Positions 28,536-41,140 of a stretch of DNA of 64,000 nucleotides are shown here, one piece after another. The notes beneath the pieces are model-generated. The model ran no database searches and was not told the origin of the DNA. It was given only the letters and a program-made list of their open reading frames with translations. The position numbers and the translations under genes were made by a program. The DNA lies in the NCBI RefSeq assembly GCF_009914755.1, contig NC_060931.1; one strand, written 5' to 3'. The stretch's first letter is position 1. Each line of letters opens with the position of its first letter. The DNA is from the human T2T-CHM13v2.0 reference genome, Homo sapiens.

Positions 28536-28952
28536 GTGAGAACAGGAAGGTGTCCACAAACTCTCAAAAACATTTATCCCCATTCCATGGTTCAGGTTGA
28601 GGCAAATCAGTTTTCTCTTAGACTCCCATTTTTGGTGGTCACTTTTTCTTAACAGAACTTTTCACTGTGGCCCTTTGTGGGCCTCGATTTTATCCAGGGT
28701 TTTCAGTCCAAACACCAATCTATCCTAAACCTAATGCTTTATTTCCTGGCTCCACATGGACTCAAAACACAAGCCGCTTTTAACTCAAGATGAGTGAATG
28801 CCTCCGGAGCAGGGAGATCACTAGCCTAGTCTTCAGGTTTCCCTTTGTTTTTGGATCCTAAAGATTTCTTTCTTTCAAGCTCCTATTCATTTACAACAAT
28901 GTTTTACAATTTATACAGCATTTAAGTGTTTTCTACTGGAAATATTTTCATA

Positions 28953-29470
28953 GAGTAGTGCCCCCCTAATCCACGGGGATATGTTCCAGGACCCCCTGTG
29001 AATGCCTGAAACCGTGGATAGTACCACACCCTATACAGATACTCCTCAACTTATGATGTGATTATGTCCTGATGAAGCCATCATAAATTGAAAATATAAT
29101 TGATCAAAATGCATCAGGCTACATCCTGATAAACCAATCAAAAAGTCAAAAATTATTAAATCAAACCATCATAAGTTAGGGACCATCTGTATATACTATA
29201 TTTTTCAATCAGATAACTACCAAGATGACTATTCAATGACTAATGTGTGGATAATATATACAATATGGATATGCAGGACAAAGGCATTATTTCACAGCCC
29301 AGGTGAGATAGAGCAGGATGACAGGAGATTTCATCCTGCTACTTAGAACATGCAATTTAAAATTACGAATTATTTATTTCTGAATTTTTCATTTAATATT
29401 TTCAGACTGTGGCTGACCATGAGTAACTGAAGCCACAGAAAAAGAAGCTGTGGATAAGAGGGAACAACTG
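28953..29470. mobile_element. MER44/Tigger7-family MITE
   Basis: TIRs gagtagtgcccccctaatccacgg...ctgtggataagagggaacaactg. Confidence 0.8.
29036..29189. mobile_element. Short MER47-family (Tigger5) MITE nested in MER44
   Basis: cagatactcctcaacttatgat...atcataagttagggaccatctg, flanked by TA on both sides. Confidence 0.8.
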
Positions 29471-30904
29471 TGTAATATAATCTATCATGTTACTAAAAAT
29501 GGAAGACCTTGTCATTATTTATTTATCTATTATGTGCTTATTTATCTTGCTTCATTAGTTCTAATTTTGATAGGGGTATGTATCTCTACATATTTCAATA
29601 TGGAAATATCAATGTAGAATATTCTGAATCTTATTTAAACATGAAGACAGGTATGTCAAATACAAAAATCCATTACATCCAAGCTAGTTTTGTGTTGAAA
29701 CACTTAAGATTTTTCTTAGGATTAATGGGAAGCAAAATTGTGAGAGAAGAATGACATTAAAATTCAGCACCACTCACCTGAATGTCATGACACTCCTGGT
29801 CGTACTATCTCCCTAGAAATTTTGGTTGACATGCATGTTATTCGTGTAAATATTAGCAGCTTGGTTTTTTATTTTAGTGAATTAAAATTTATCAAATTTT
29901 CTTGTTTCTACATTAAAAATATTTTTATGTCAGTCTCTCAGAGTTATAAGCAGTTTTTAAACATAGAAATTAATGTGCCTCATTCATTAATAATCCCCCA
30001 AATGTCAAGCACAATGCCTGAAATATGAGAATTCAATAAATTTTTTAAATTAGTGGAGATGTGAATATTTTTATGTTTCTCTTTTATCACCAAAGGGAAA
30101 TGGTTTCTAGGACAGCTGGTCTGCATAGCAGTAAAGTTTGTGATAAAAGAAGATAGTTCTCTGAGTAACAATAACTTCCCTATGTAGATATTTATATATA
30201 TATATTGTGGGCTAAAGATGATGACTTCTAGATTAAGAATTATGTTCTGTCCAATAAAGTAGTATATTCTGTTCAGCTTTTTTAATCCCCCAGCCAAACA
30301 CTATTCCTGGCAAAAATGTCAGGAATGTTGTTCAAAAAATGGAAAAATTACTGGACCTTGGATCAGAAATCTTAGAGATATGCTATGTAATCTTTATTAA
30401 CTTGACTTAGGTTTCATCGTATGTTAAATATAAACATTTGCCTAAATTGTCTAAAGGATAAAATACTAGAATTCTATATATAGTATTATTGGGACACAGC
30501 CAATTTTGTATGAGAGTGTAAATGTGTGAAATGTATAGTAAGTTCTTTACTGTAAAGCATTAATATTTTCTTCTCTGTGTCTCTTAAAAGGTTTTCAGGT
30601 ATCTCAGAGTATGCTCATACTCTGTAGGAATTGTCTCTGTGCCATTTCTGTAACAGATCAAGAGATTCTTTATTAAACATAGAAGAAAAATCAGGAAAGA
30701 GATTCCTTATTAAACCTGAATGATGAAAACACAGAAGGGATGTAAGGAAGTATTTTTTCCCCAACACTGGCCCAATATGCTTACAAATAACCATCCCTTA
30801 CACATCTCACTCACTTACCCTGGGTGGACGACTGACTAAGGAAGCTTACGGTCATAGAAACCAAAAGCTGGAGAGCTGCGATTACCAAATTAGAAGGATC
30901 TTCA

Positions 30905-30975
30905 ATGGAATGGGAAATTCTTCACACAGGTAAATACTCTGACCCTTCAAAAGTGTGAAGACTTTCCCATTCCAT
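30905..30975. repeat. Inverted repeat: 23-bp arms (1 mismatch), 25-nt spacer
   Basis: atggaatgggaaattcttcacac (30905-30927) pairs with gtgtgaagactttcccattccat (30953-30975). Confidence 0.95.
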
Positions 30976-31520
30976 ATTTCCCACTTACACTAGTTTACAG
31001 CATCAGTGTAACATGCACATTCTGTGTAGAACAGGGAAAATATTAACTTACGAACCTGAAGAACGTTAGGTTAGAATTGAATTCAACCAAATTTTATAGA
31101 AAATGGTATGAAATAAAATAAAATGTACGTCCTTTATATTCTAAACACTGTTTTGAATATATAGTTTCATTGAATTAGTTTTTTCTTTCTTCTTTTCTGC
31201 ACATAGAATCTTAATAGTTGGATAGATATGATTTCACAGTCCCATACTAGTGGTACGTAATTATCCAACTATGGCATTATTAATTTTTGTCTTATTTATC
31301 TCTGTTCTGTGCCCTAGTCCCTTTCCCAACCCATGGACATACTATCTTGTATTTGATGTGTCCTTCCAACACACATTTCATACTTCTCCTTTAAATATAG
31401 CATTTTTTGTGTGCATGTTTTTTAAAGTATACACAAGATTATACACTCTATAAAACACTTTTTATCAATCCAGCATTATGTTTTTGTGAGAAATACATGT
31501 GAGAAATAGAATATTATTTA

Positions 31521-31949
<429 letters not shown>

Positions 31950-32684
31950 CTAATTAGTTCATAAAGTATAAACTATTTTAATATTTTACTGCCAAAATTC
32001 TCTCTAAAATAGTTGAACTAATTGTTATCTCAAAACTATTTCTAGAAAATATATATTTACTCACATTCTTTCCAAACTGTAATGATACCAGACTTTTTAA
32101 TATTAACTTTAAGTAATTAACATAATGCTAATTAACATTAATATTAATTAATCAACCCAATTAATGTCAATATAGTGATTAGAGCATTTTATTTCATTGT
32201 ATTTTTATTTTTCTAAGTTTGTGCATTCCCCTACATATTTATTGGCCTTACGAGTTTCTTTTTCCATTAAATTCCTTTTTATATCATTCACTTTTATATT
32301 TAAAAATGTCTTTTTAAAAATGTATTTGTGGAATTTTTAAAATATATTTTTTATGACATTACTTTGTCTGCTACATATGCCAGTAAACTTTTTCTAATGG
32401 ATTGCTTGACTTTTAACCTAGTATTATATTTCATTATCTAATTTAATCTAATCTAATCTGGACTTATTTTTCTTTTATGATTGGTGTGGTTCTTCATTTT
32501 GTTTTCATTAAACCTCTACCAACTCTAAGACCATAAAGATATTCATCCATATTTTCTTCTAGTTGTTTTGTAGTTTCTTTGCGTAATAAAGGCATAATTT
32601 TAACTATGAACACTACACCCTGAGATGCATACTATTTTTATGCCCACTACATAGATAAGTGAAATGGAAGACAACATTGAACTG

Positions 32685-33015
32685 TGTGTTAGTTCATTCT
32701 TACAATGCTGATGAAGGCATACATGAGACTGGGTAATTTATGAAGAAAAAGAGGTTTAATGGACTCACAGTTCCACGTGGCTGGGGAGGCCTCACCACCA
32801 TGGTGGAAAGCAGAGATAATGAGAACCAGGCCAAAGGGGAAACCCCTTATAAAAGCATCAGATCTAGTGAAACTTATTCACTGCCACGAGAACAGTATGG
32901 GCAAACCTCCTCCATGATTCAGTTATCTCCCACTGGGTCCTACCCATAAGACATGGGAATTTTGGGAGCTACAGTTCAAGATGAGATTTGGTGGGGACAC
33001 AGCCAAACCATATCA
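32685..33015 (-). mobile_element. THE1B-like solo LTR
   Basis: tgtgttagtt...gagactgggtaattta...cacagccaaaccatatca; TSD aactg/aagtg. Confidence 0.9.
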
Positions 33016-35630
33016 AAGTGATAATCACACCTTGTTCTTGTTAGTAGGTGTGTGCATTTCAAAATTCTAACTAATATACAAGCCAGTAATACTCACAGGA
33101 CTGCGTTTAGAGACTCCAATAATAGAACTACGTGTCAGATGTATTCCCTGCACTGCATTTTCCCCAAACCCCCATATATTTACATGCAAATAAAAATAGC
33201 TAAAGCTTCTGCAGGCAATTAAACATATCAAAATTATAAAATTTTATTTTATGCCCTTATGATTAGCTTATCTAATCTATTCTCAAAACTATTAAATCAA
33301 CACAAGTAAAAACAAAGAAGCTTGTTCTTTGGAACAATTTAGAACTTTTCCAACCAGGAATAAATGGCAAACAAGTCTTTATAATTAGTACACATATTTG
33401 ACTAGTTTATTTTAAAATATACATACTTTTCCCAATAATTATGTTCAGGTAAACACTCATAAAATTGATGAAAGCATAAAATTTTGTCCAAACTAAAGTT
33501 TAAATACATTGAAGATGGTTTTTTAATTTAACAAAATGAATTCATTCCTTATTTAGCAAAATGAATTCATGCTAATCATTTGTTATTAGTATTTGATTGG
33601 ATTTTACAATTTATAAAATATTTTTATATTATTTAATTTAATTCTCTGCAAACACATGATAAAGTATTTTTCTTAAATTAAAATGAGAAAACTAATTTTC
33701 TGAGAAATATTATAATTTGCTCAAAATCAAGAAGCTAGTAAATGATGGAGACACTGAAACACAACTGGCAACTATCACTTGTTTCTTCCTGTTTCATCAT
33801 GTTAAACGTTCTAAGCACAAAATAGAAAAAATGGTGCAATTTTAAATGTTACGATAAAGAAAATGAATGTGTGCTAATCTTAGAATTCAGAGAGTATGAT
33901 TAGAAAATATCAAAAGAAGCAAGAGAATTCAGTTCTACTTAGAATACAGCCACTACACAAAGAAGATTAGGGAAAAAATATTAGATACCATTTAATAATA
34001 AGCTGACAAGCAGGAAAATGACATTTTTGTCTTGGATATTATAAATATACTTTTGTGATTAGACTTTATAAATAGGGATGTTGGATTTAGGATAACAAAA
34101 TTTTTCTTTTTAGTGTTGTTTCCTGTTCAGTCTATATAAAGTGAGGGGTGTTCAGAGTACATATTTAACTTTTAAGAAGAGAAGAATGCTAATTACTCCA
34201 GTATTCCTGTACCAGCCAGTTCCAAATAATAGACTAGAATGGTAAAACTGAGCCAACATGGTATGTCTTAGGGTGCAGCACTCTCTAAGGCTTAGCTTGT
34301 TTGTTATTTCCACTCTATTCATTCATTAGGTGCCAGATACTACACCGTCTCCTCTTAGAGAGTGGACATGAGCTAGTGTCCTATTTTCTTTAAGTAAACT
34401 AACATCATTCTGTAACCAAATAATATTCAGGTATCAGTTGATGATCTAATCCAAAAACAAGAATTTTGTCCAAATTTCACTCATTTTAGTTATCACTTTC
34501 TCAATATTTGCTGAGTACTATTTCTACTATTATTTACTTATCATTTTCTTATATTCATTACAATAAAGACGGTAGTTAATGTTTAATGTGTCCGTCCATG
34601 TACTACCCTAAATCATTTTACTTGGTATCAGAGGAATACAAATCACATTTGGGGAAAGACTAGAGTTATGAGAAAAGAAAAAATAAACACAGCAGGTTCT
34701 GGTGGAAGCAGGAGTTTAAACATTACACATTCCTTTTAGATCCAGCCATTACTCACAGACAAATTACTGCCCGGCAGCAGCAAGACTTTGACAGAGTTGT
34801 TATATCTAGTCTTTCAATATTCAGGACCAGTATTTAATAATGAAAACAAGATGGATTATTCCTTGTTACATGTGACAGGCATGATGAAATAAGAATTGTC
34901 ATAGCTATTTACTACTTTTGAAAGAAGAAATGTGATCAGAAATGAAAATGCTCACTGTGATACTTTTGAAACTTTGATCAACAGCATGTATCTCATAAAA
35001 GTGTCCATTGGAAATGCCTGAAATAAGTCTTCCCAAATGCATTTACTTTAATGTTTCTTGTAAAATAAAAGACTTTTATCCCCTCACTGTGTGCAAAATT
35101 TCACAGTATTTTATTAAAAGTGATCTTATGATCTATCTGGCTTTGGCATGGAAATCATTTTATTCTTGCTTTTTCTGAAGTTGGCTCACATGATCAATCT
35201 AAGAGTTGAGGAAAGAAAAGTGTTAGTCCATGACCTGATTTGCGATGTCTCATTGCATAAGAAGGTATCATAATCCAACTTTCACAGGAAACACAAAGTT
35301 ACCCTACTGAAAGCATAGTGGATAATAAAAGTGATATTCAGCTAATTTGTATATCTTGAAAAAGGAAGCCAAAAGCAATGAACAGATTTAAAATATATAA
35401 GAGAATGTAGTTTTTAAAAACATATGTCTACCAGCCTAGTGACTATAAAGTTTTAAAGCATTAATTTCTATGCATTTATTTATTCAGCAAATATTAACTG
35501 AACACCTATACTAAATGTTAGGCAATGTTCTAGATTCTGGGAATAGAGCAGTGAACAGCAAATCAGAAAGAAAATATCTTAATCTTGTGAAGATTACATT
35601 ATAGTGTGAAAACAGACAATAAACTAAGTA

Positions 35631-35908
35631 TAGTTGATCCTTGAACAACATGGAATTGGCTGTGTGGGTCCACTTAAGGGTGGATTTTTTTTCAGTAAAT
35701 ATAACTGACCCTCCAGATCAAGGTTCCACATCCGCAACCAAACGTGGATGGAAAATACAATATTGGAGGACTGGAAGATCACATATATGGAGAACCAACT
35801 CTTCCTGTCTGCAGGTTCCACAGGCCAGCTGCAGGATTTGAGTGTGCATGGATTTTGTTGTACATGGGGTCCTGGAACCAATCCCCCACAGCTATCAAGG
35901 GATGACTG
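35631..35908. mobile_element. MER2B/Tigger2-like MITE
   Basis: TA-tagttgatccttgaacaacatgg...caagggatgactg-TA. Confidence 0.8.
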
Positions 35909-35966
35909 TAAAAATATATATAAAATTGGAAAAAAGATAGGGGTGCATGGATGAGGTAAGCATTGC

Positions 35967-36110
35967 TTTGTTTTGTTTTGTTTTGTATTTTTAGTAGAGA
36001 CAGGGTTTCACTGTGTTAGCCAGGATGGTCTCGATCTCCTGACCTCGTGATCCTCCTGCCTCGGCCTCCCAAAGTGCTGGGATTAAAGGAGTGAGCCACC
36101 ACACCTGGCT
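35967..36110 (-). mobile_element. AluY/Sc-type left monomer only
   Basis: gtgttagccaggatggtctcgatctcctgacctcgtgatcc; TSD agcattgc at 35959-35966 and 36111-36118. Confidence 0.9.
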
Positions 36111-36572
36111 AGCATTGCATTTTTTAAAAGGATGGTCGGGGAAAGCTTCCTTAAGACTATGTTAAAAAAAAAAAAAAGATTTGTAAGTAAGTGAACCTTG
36201 AATATCTGCAGAAATAACATTCCTGGAAGTGGGAATAACATGGGCACATTTCCTGAGGTAGGTATCTACCAGGCATCTATATAAGGAACAACAAAAAATC
36301 CAGAACAGCTGGAGCAAAATGAGCAGTGGTGGAAGTAGTGAAAGATGGAGTCAGAACATTAAGGGAGAAAGATCACATAGACCTCATAGAACATCATAAG
36401 GAATTTGCTTTTACTCTGAATAAGATGAGAAACCTGGAGAGTTTCGAGCAGAGAAGAGAAATAATCTGACCTTGCTTTATTAATATCACGCTGGCTTCTG
36501 TGTTGAGATGAATATTGGATAATGGTAGTAGCAGAAAAGCCAGTGAGCAGGCTATTTCAATAAGCTTGATGA

Positions 36573-36715
36573 CAGCCAAGCAGTGGCAAATGCCTATAGT
36601 CCTGGCTACTGGGAAGGCTGAGGCAGGACTGAGTGGCTGAGGCAGGAGGATCACTTGAGCCCAAGAGTTCCAGTCCCATCTGGGCAACATATAATAACCT
36701 TGATGCGAGACCCTT
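36573..36715 (+). mobile_element. FLAM-like monomer with internal duplication and no A tail
   Basis: ggctgaggcagga occurs twice, then ggatcacttgagcccaagagtt...ctgggcaacata. Confidence 0.75.
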
Positions 36716-36946
36716 TGATTTGGACCAGGAAGGTTGCAATGAAGTGGCAAGACTGTGATATGTTTTGAAGATAAAATCAAAAGTATTTTGCTAACTAATT
36801 CATTGTAAAGTCGAAAAATGAGGAAAGTTAAGTATGACTCCAAGGTTTTTGGCCTTAAGAAATTAATGTTGCAGTTAACTGTAATTGCAAAGTTTGTGAG
36901 AGAAACATGTTTGGTTGGGGAAGATGAGGAGTTTAGCCTTGGACAT

Positions 36947-37360
36947 TGATAATGTTTGGATCTGTGTCACTGCCCACATCTCAAACTCATGTCAAATTGT
37001 AATCCCCAGTGCTGGAGGTGGAGCCTGGTGGGAGATGATTCGATCATGGGGAAAATTTCCCACTTGGTGCAGTTCTTGTGATAGTGAGTGAATGAGTGCT
37101 CATGAAACCTACTAGTTTAAAGGTGTGTGGTACCACCCTGCTCTCTCTCTTCCTCCTGCTCCAGCCATGTAAGATGTGCCTGCTTCCCTGTTGGCCTTCC
37201 TTCATGACTGTAGGTTTCTTGAGGCCTCCCCAGAAGTTGAACAGATGCTGCCATGCTTCCTGCACAGTCTGCATAATCATGAGCCAATTAAACCTCTTTT
37301 CTTTATACATTACCCAGTCCTAGGTGTTTCTTTATAGCAGTGCAAGAATGAACTAATACA
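36947..37360 (+). mobile_element. MSTA MaLR solo LTR
   Basis: tgataatgtttggatctgtgtc...gaactaataca; perfect TSD GACAT at 36942-36946 and 37361-37365. Confidence 0.92.
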
Positions 37361-38549
37361 GACATGCTAAATTTAAGATGCCTGTTGGACATCCAAATGA
37401 GGATGGTTAGTCAGCAATTGGATGTAGGAATCTGGAGCCCAGAGGAAGGTGCTAGTTAAAGATATAAATTTGGTGCTTACCAATTTTTAGATAATATTTT
37501 AATCCATGAACCTGGACAAGAACATCAAAGATTCAGATATTCAAGAATATGAAAAAAAAAAGTTGGAAAAGAAGACAAAAAAACAACCAGTAAGAAAAGA
37601 AAGAAACCAGAATGACGTGTTGCCTTGAAGGAAAAACTCAAAATTGCCCTGAAGGAGGAGGGAGGAGATAATTGGTCAAATGCTGCTGATAGATAAGATG
37701 AAGGCTAAAAATCAATCATTGGATTTAGCGACATGAAGAAGTTTTAAAGAGTGTGGAATTTGAAAAGCACAATGCTCTTAATGAGCTAACCTCAAAAAAA
37801 GGAGCAGAGAAATGAAGTGGTACCTGGAGGAGTTGGGAGGTTTGTTTCTTTGCTTGGTTTCTAATGGGGGACATAATAGCATGTTTGTATACTGATGTGA
37901 ATTAATGAATAGAAGTGATGGTGGGATGATGCAATTCAACTTTAATAATAGGAAGAAAGGAAAGATTTTGATAAAAATGTTGATAGGTGAGAAAATATGG
38001 TATGAAAGCTTAAGGGATTTCCCTTCTGGTTACTTCAAATTTCTCAGTGAAATAAAAGTCATCAGTTGAGAAGGGATGCTCCAGGTCTGAAGATAAGAAG
38101 GTGGGAAATAGGACTGTAGGACAGTGAGTGAATTGAGGCAATGGCGAGTGTATGCTAGAGAGCAGTAAGGGGTCACTTAAAGATTTTAATGAGAAATTTA
38201 AAATGAGACTGCTCCATATGAATGTTCCTCTCCAGCCATGTTCAGGTGCAAGGTCGTAGGCACTGATAAGGGAAGAGTTAGATTTGGCAGGTGTTGTTTT
38301 TCCAAGTGTTATGATGTAAGACAGAGGCTAGGATGTTGAGGGTATATACAAGGAAGAGATTATAATTGAACATGGAACTAAAGCTGGGTATGAAAAGAAA
38401 TAAAGACAAGAGGTGGTGAATGATAATGAAATCTGATCATCATAAGTAGATTTAATTTTTCCATGTAATTATAGAATTAATGTGGAATTGGGTAGAAGAA
38501 GAGAGCTCGAATAGGGTCAGACTGCTTGAAATTGATATTATAGATGAAC

Positions 38550-39045
38550 TGTGTTAAACTCCTGAAAATATCACCAGCAATCTATTAATAAGGCAAAAAC
38601 AGGCTTATTAGAATTCACTGCAGTAAGGATGAACACCACCATGACTCTTAGCCATGTTTCAAAAGGAGAAAATCAGGAAAGGCTATCTATAGTGGCAGGA
38701 CTCTGGCAACAAATTTCAAAGTTTTTGTTTTGTTTTGTTTAGGTCTGGGAACTAGGAACCGGGTAAAATTTGTGACATAGCAAGATTTAATGTGTAATTG
38801 TGTCAGAGAGCTTTTTTGCCCAGGGGAACTGACTTAGGTAAAGGCCCTCAGTAAACTGATTTGCAGGAATTTTCTGAAGCAAATAATAAATGCATTTATT
38901 GGCTCATAGTTTTTGTCTTATCTTTCCTTGGAAAAGTTTTTCTGAAAAAAACAGCTCAGTCATGCTAACACAGGTAGCCTCAGATCCAAGCCATAAAAGC
39001 TGTCATCTTAACTGAAGTGATTGCAGATCTAATTTAGTTACTATA
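38550..39045 (-). mobile_element. Probable old ERV LTR inserted in L2 (family unresolved)
   Basis: Interrupts the L2; tgttaa start; ggcttatt...ctgcagtaaggatgaacaccacc resembles old ERV1 LTR ends. Confidence 0.4.
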
Positions 39046-40284
39046 AATGTCAAGGACAAGGTTTTATGACAAAGTATCTAAGTGCTTGACGAAGAATTGA
39101 GGATTTGATCATTGGAGAAGTGGATTCAAGGAAACAAATGAATATTGAGGTGACAAAGAACTAAGTCAGGAATAGTATTGAAGTCATAGTGAGCCAGTAG
39201 TCATAATTATCAAGAAATGAAGAAATGACTAGAGAATGGTAGACAATACAACAATAAGAGATACAGAGGAGTATGGCATGCCAACATGAGATTCAAAATT
39301 AGGAAGTTTAGAAAGGAGGGAGGATAAATATCCTGAAAAAGACACATAAGAGCAAAGAGTCCTTCTAGAGCAACTTCTAGGCTGCATGGTACTAGAAGTT
39401 TAGGAAAGCATAGTTTCTTAGCCGTTTATGAAACAGATAGCCAAGCAAAGCCCTAAAGGCAGCTGAGCAAGGCCGAGCCCTATACCAAGCAACTGAAATA
39501 GGGATCAGTTAGAACTGGCAACAGTGGGAGTATGAAGTGAGGAAGATGATGGAGAAGCCCAAGTGTCAGGAATGAGAACAAAGGATAAAGATGATCTGAA
39601 TCAGGAAGAAAATAATAATTAGCTGAAGATACAGTGAAAGTTTGGAAATATTTTATTTCAATTCCTTTTTCCCAGTATGGGCTTTTAAAAATTTATTGTT
39701 TTTAATAGACTTTAGAAGATATTTTAAAAGAAAGGTTAAAAATTCTTGAATTTATATCTTAATAATCAGAGCCAACTCTGACTATGAAGTAAAAAGCTCA
39801 AGCATCTTAGAAATAATTCTAGATGTCAGTGAACAACTTGCCTATAGCTGAAACTCTTTTTATTTAATGTTTCATGTGACTAAGTAGAGGATGTGCTATC
39901 CATTTCCACTGAGATCTACTAAGCTATTATTTGCCAAATGGAAAAGCACTCAGAGCAAATGATTAATAGTTGTGATGAGTGGTGGACAATGGGGGATTCT
40001 CATAGCCATTATTATCTTCACGAATGTGTAATACAAATGAAACATCTAAAGGTTTTCCTTTTGCATTCATAACCAGGTTTCCCTACTCTGATTTTTAAAA
40101 CAAAGAATGTGATCTCAAAAGAGAATCTTTTCTTTTCTCAAATGGTTGTGAGCAAAACTACTTATCTCTCATCAAGAAAAGAAATTGCATTTACATCAAT
40201 TTTAATAGTAAACATCTGATGGTCTTATCATTGTAAAGAGTACTAAAAGCATTGCTTGATAATTTACAGTGTAAAAATACATAG

Positions 40285-41140
40285 TAAACCAATACTCATT
40301 CATGATAAAAGTAGCAAAGTAGAATAAAATGGTAACTTCCTCAACTTAACAAAAAAACTACAGCTAACATCATTCTTAAAAGTGAAAAACTAGTTTTTCC
40401 ACTAAAAAAGGAACAAGGCAAGGATGCTCTCAACAGTCATTTTCATCATCATACTGGAAGTGCTAGTTAATAAAATAAGAGATGAAAATAAAATGTGTAC
40501 AAAATGAAAAAGAATAAATGAAATTGTCTTTGTCTGCAGATGGTATTTTTGTCTATAATGAAATAGAAAATCCAAAAGAATCAGTGAAAAAACTCCTGGA
40601 ACTACTAAGTGATTATAGCAAGTTTGCAGAAAATAACAGTAATATACAACACTCCATTGTTTCTCTATATGCCAGCAAGGAACAATTGTAATTTGAAATT
40701 AAAAACACAATAACATTTAAATTATCAAAAATATAAATATTTAAGCATAAATCTAACAAAAAAAAAATATCTATAGAAGTAAAACTACAAAACCCTGACA
40801 CAAATCAAAGAAATACTAAATGAATAGAGAGATATTTTAGATTCATGGAAAAAGAAAGACTCAACGTTGTTAAGAAGTACTTCCAAACTTAATCTGTAGA
40901 TTCAATGTGATCCCAATAAAAATTCCAGAAACTTATTTTATGGATATTGACAAACTAATTCTAAAGTTTATGTGGACAGTCAAGAGATGTAGAATAGACA
41001 ACACAATACTGAAGAAGAACAAAGACAGAGGACTGACACTGGCCCACTTCAAGACTTACAATTACCTTACAGTAATCAAGTATGGTAATCATAAAAGAAA
41101 GGCCAAATAGATCAAGGGAACACAATAGAGAGCTCATTAT
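40285..41140 (+). mobile_element. Old L1M ORF2 fragment
   Basis: ORF 40907-41110 IPIKIPETYFMDIDKLILKFMW is L1 ORF2-like. Confidence 0.8.

Larger units (their letters stand above)
35470..39420 (-). mobile_element. Long degraded L2 LINE hosting several younger insertions
   Basis: atttattcagcaaatattaactgaacacctata 3' end; collinear L2 motifs (aggaatttgcttttactctga, tatgactccaaggtttttggcc, ttggacatccaaatgagg, ttggatttagc). Confidence 0.75.

Noticed and set aside
30660-30716. Short direct repeat aagagattc..ttattaaac (similar case caaaatgaattcat near 33532-33570)
   Set aside because: Ordinary local slippage duplications in AT-rich DNA
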